DNA of 64,000 nucleotides from Yuukianura sp. NJ FZ-2021 (Eukaryota): NCBI GenBank assembly GCA_046563655.1, contig CM102288.1, positions 3,906,001 to 3,970,000 of the forward strand, read 5' to 3'. Shown piece by piece: positions 61,660 to 64,000 of this stretch (position 1 is its first letter; each line of letters starts with the position of its first letter). The notes under the pieces were generated by a model. It saw only the letters and a program-made list of their open reading frames with translations, ran no database searches and was not told where the DNA came from. The position numbers and the translations under genes were made by a program.

Positions 61660-64000
61660 TGAATAAAAGAAGAAATTTTTGCAAAATCACAGTTCACAGT
61701 TATGCAAATTTTCAATCATAGTTTTCAATATTTTCCATGTCGGTACAAATTATTTGCCTGGTTTTGAAAAAAAAAACTCGGAGTTGTCACTTTTCTATTT
61801 TGGTTTTTGGCAATTTTTGCAAATTCGGAAAAAAGTACTTCCCTCGAAACATGTTTTGCGTCAATGCTTTTTTCCAGCAAAAGACTGACAGACCTTAATA
61901 AAGATTTTCATTTGCCATTTCGTGTCTCCTTTTCATATTTTTTGCGAAAGCCTCGAACTTTGGTTGCCGAAGTCTATAATTAGCGAATCCTCTCCTGAGC
62001 ATCTTGCAAAAAAATAGATCGATATTGCCAGTGCTATTTTTGCAAAAATCGATTCCCCCGTGCCCCCCTCTCTCCCAAGCCAACCACCATCAAACGCCTC
62101 TTCTCTTCCAAGCCCAAACATAGGCTAAAATTCGAAATAAGTCGCAATTTCCTAATCGCTTCGCCAAATCACCTATTTCAGCCAACTCATTTTTGCAAAA
62201 ACAATGTACATTCAAAGTTCATTTCCAAAATAGGAAAATATTGAACTGAAAATGAGTCATCATCGCAAAATTCAATCGCATGTTAAGTTCCATAACTTTT
62301 TCTTAGGTTAGGTCTATAAAAAGTAAGGTTTAGTTCACAAGTCTTACAAACTTTTTCCATTTACGTTTCAAATTCAATATTTTACTTATTTATATTATTT
62401 AATTCAACTCAATCAAAAAAAAATATAATCGATAATCCACTGATTTCGCATATTTAGCGACAACATGTGCAAATTTCGCCAATTCTAATAAAAATTCTTT
62501 AAATTACATTTGTGATGCAAAGGAGAACCTTCAATCCTAGGCTAACTTTATTCAAATCTGTTGGGTTTTGAGACCGGCATGGTTAGGTTGAGTTTTCTTG
62601 TGATGTTTTTTGCACATTTGCAAAAAAAAATTGGGAGCATGGCCTATCCTTAGACTAAACTTGTTCCAAGGGAGTTTGTTGGAGACAAGTTGAACTCATT
62701 TTGGTTGTTCTAAATTTAGAACATGTTTCTAGCGGAGGTCCGGAATCTAGAGCACTCTTCTTCCAGCCCCGTTTGTACTGCTGCTGCTTTCTAGTCTTCG
62801 CTCACTCTCTGTTTGCACTTCGTAGTAAAAAAAATAGAGTTTCATCGACCGTTCGTCCTTGGAAAACTCACATCTCCCCAGCGACTCACTAACTTTCACC
62901 ACAGACAAAATAGAGAGAGACTTGCGCATAACAGCAGCACAACTTTCTCCCTTACCAAAGTCCCACCCGACACCCACGGCCCACCAGCCCCCAAGAAACG
63001 AGGTCATCCCAAAATAGGACTCTGTAAACAACTTTAGGTCAACCTAACCTTTCACTTTTCACGTTTCCACCGACTGACGACTATTGCTTTCCCCGATTCT
63101 GACGATTCGTCTACCTCACCCATGGAAAATGTTTGTTAACTAAAAAACGATAACAAGTAATTAAAATTCAACAACCTAACAATATTGACCTCAATCTACA
63201 AATAGAATTCCTGGTCTTTAAAAAAAACGTTACTCACCTACATTAACTTTCCTTTTTATAGACTTTCACCTAAATTTCTCTTGCTACACTAATTCAAAAG
63301 AGTATTTTTTTTCTGAAAACTGGAAATCTATTTTTGTACTGTCAGCGTCACAGTTTTGCCGTTGAGGACACCTAAAATATTCAGAAATCAACAGACCTTG
63401 GGGTTTTCGGGAACGTCAGAATTTGTTTTTGCCTAGAACAAAAGAACAATGACAACAGAGAAAAGCGTGCTTTCTCCACCATTAACTTGTGTCTAAATTT
63501 TCTCCTTTTACAAAACCACAACATTCCAGTCATGTCAGAAAAAAAGTCGTCGAAAAAAGAACATGGCAAGGTGAAAGGCACTCCACTGCTGTGCTTCTCT
63601 TCCGTTAATTTTTAATTTCCATTAAAAACTGGCCAACTTTCTCCCGCTTTCACCAAAACTTATTACTCCGTCAAAAACCAAAACTATGTGATGTAACTTG
63701 GTTTTATGTAATACATTTTTATAGCATTACATTACACAATGTTTACATAAAACCTGAACCTACCTCAAACAACCCATGAATAAGCCAAGTTAACTTTACA
63801 TAACATCCATCACAAATTCTTTTCCAAATTTTCACAATTTCAATCACAACTTTCACTTTTCTAAATTCACAATTTCTTTCAAAACCCAACAAGTTTCCTC
63901 CGTTATCAAAAAATTTCCCTGGCTAAACTTTTTTTTATATAAAAAGTGCAGAAAATAATTGAGTCGTATCAAGTGGAGAAACTGCATGAGGGGAGACACG

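Noticed and set aside
62747..63240. Candidate first exons for HDAC4 (phase-0 donor AAA|GTTAGT near 62893; donors near 63118 and 63237)
   Set aside because: They are plausible alternative 5' exons but lack similarity to the Gln-rich HDAC4 N-terminus. I cannot choose among them without transcripts.
1..64000. CRISPR arrays, rRNA, tRNA or prokaryotic operons
   Set aside because: No repeat-spacer array or structural RNA signature was seen, and nearly all genes are interrupted by spliceosomal introns.

Overview
Gene-dense, AT-rich eukaryotic (arthropod) DNA with short GT-AG introns. A non-insect hexapod such as a springtail is plausible but is only an inference. I built the gene models by hand, joining exons across phase-compatible splice sites. 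From left to right: two tandem calmodulin-like EF-hand genes (-); an LRRC34-like gene with a large internal insertion (-); a divergent CNMamide-like neuropeptide precursor (+); an orcokinin gene with alternative B-type and A-type terminal exons (+), hosting an antisense TRIAP1/Mdm35-like gene in an intron; SCAP (-), hosting an antisense small Cys-rich/Pro-Tyr-rich gene in an intron; a 375-bp MITE with perfect 33-bp TIRs and a 9-bp TSD; PLXDC (-); TMEM222 (+); an F-box-like gene (+); espin/forked-like (-); a three-exon secreted 8-Cys peptide with drosomycin core spacing (+), which the ORF track misses; AF10/MLLT10 (-); and a class IIa HDAC (-, probably 5'-incomplete). The most interesting signals are small peptide genes visible only after splicing, and a recurrent AGGTCAAAGGTCA motif that often lies in short introns. 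I found no rRNA, tRNA or CRISPR features. No database searches were run, so family calls come from recalled motifs.
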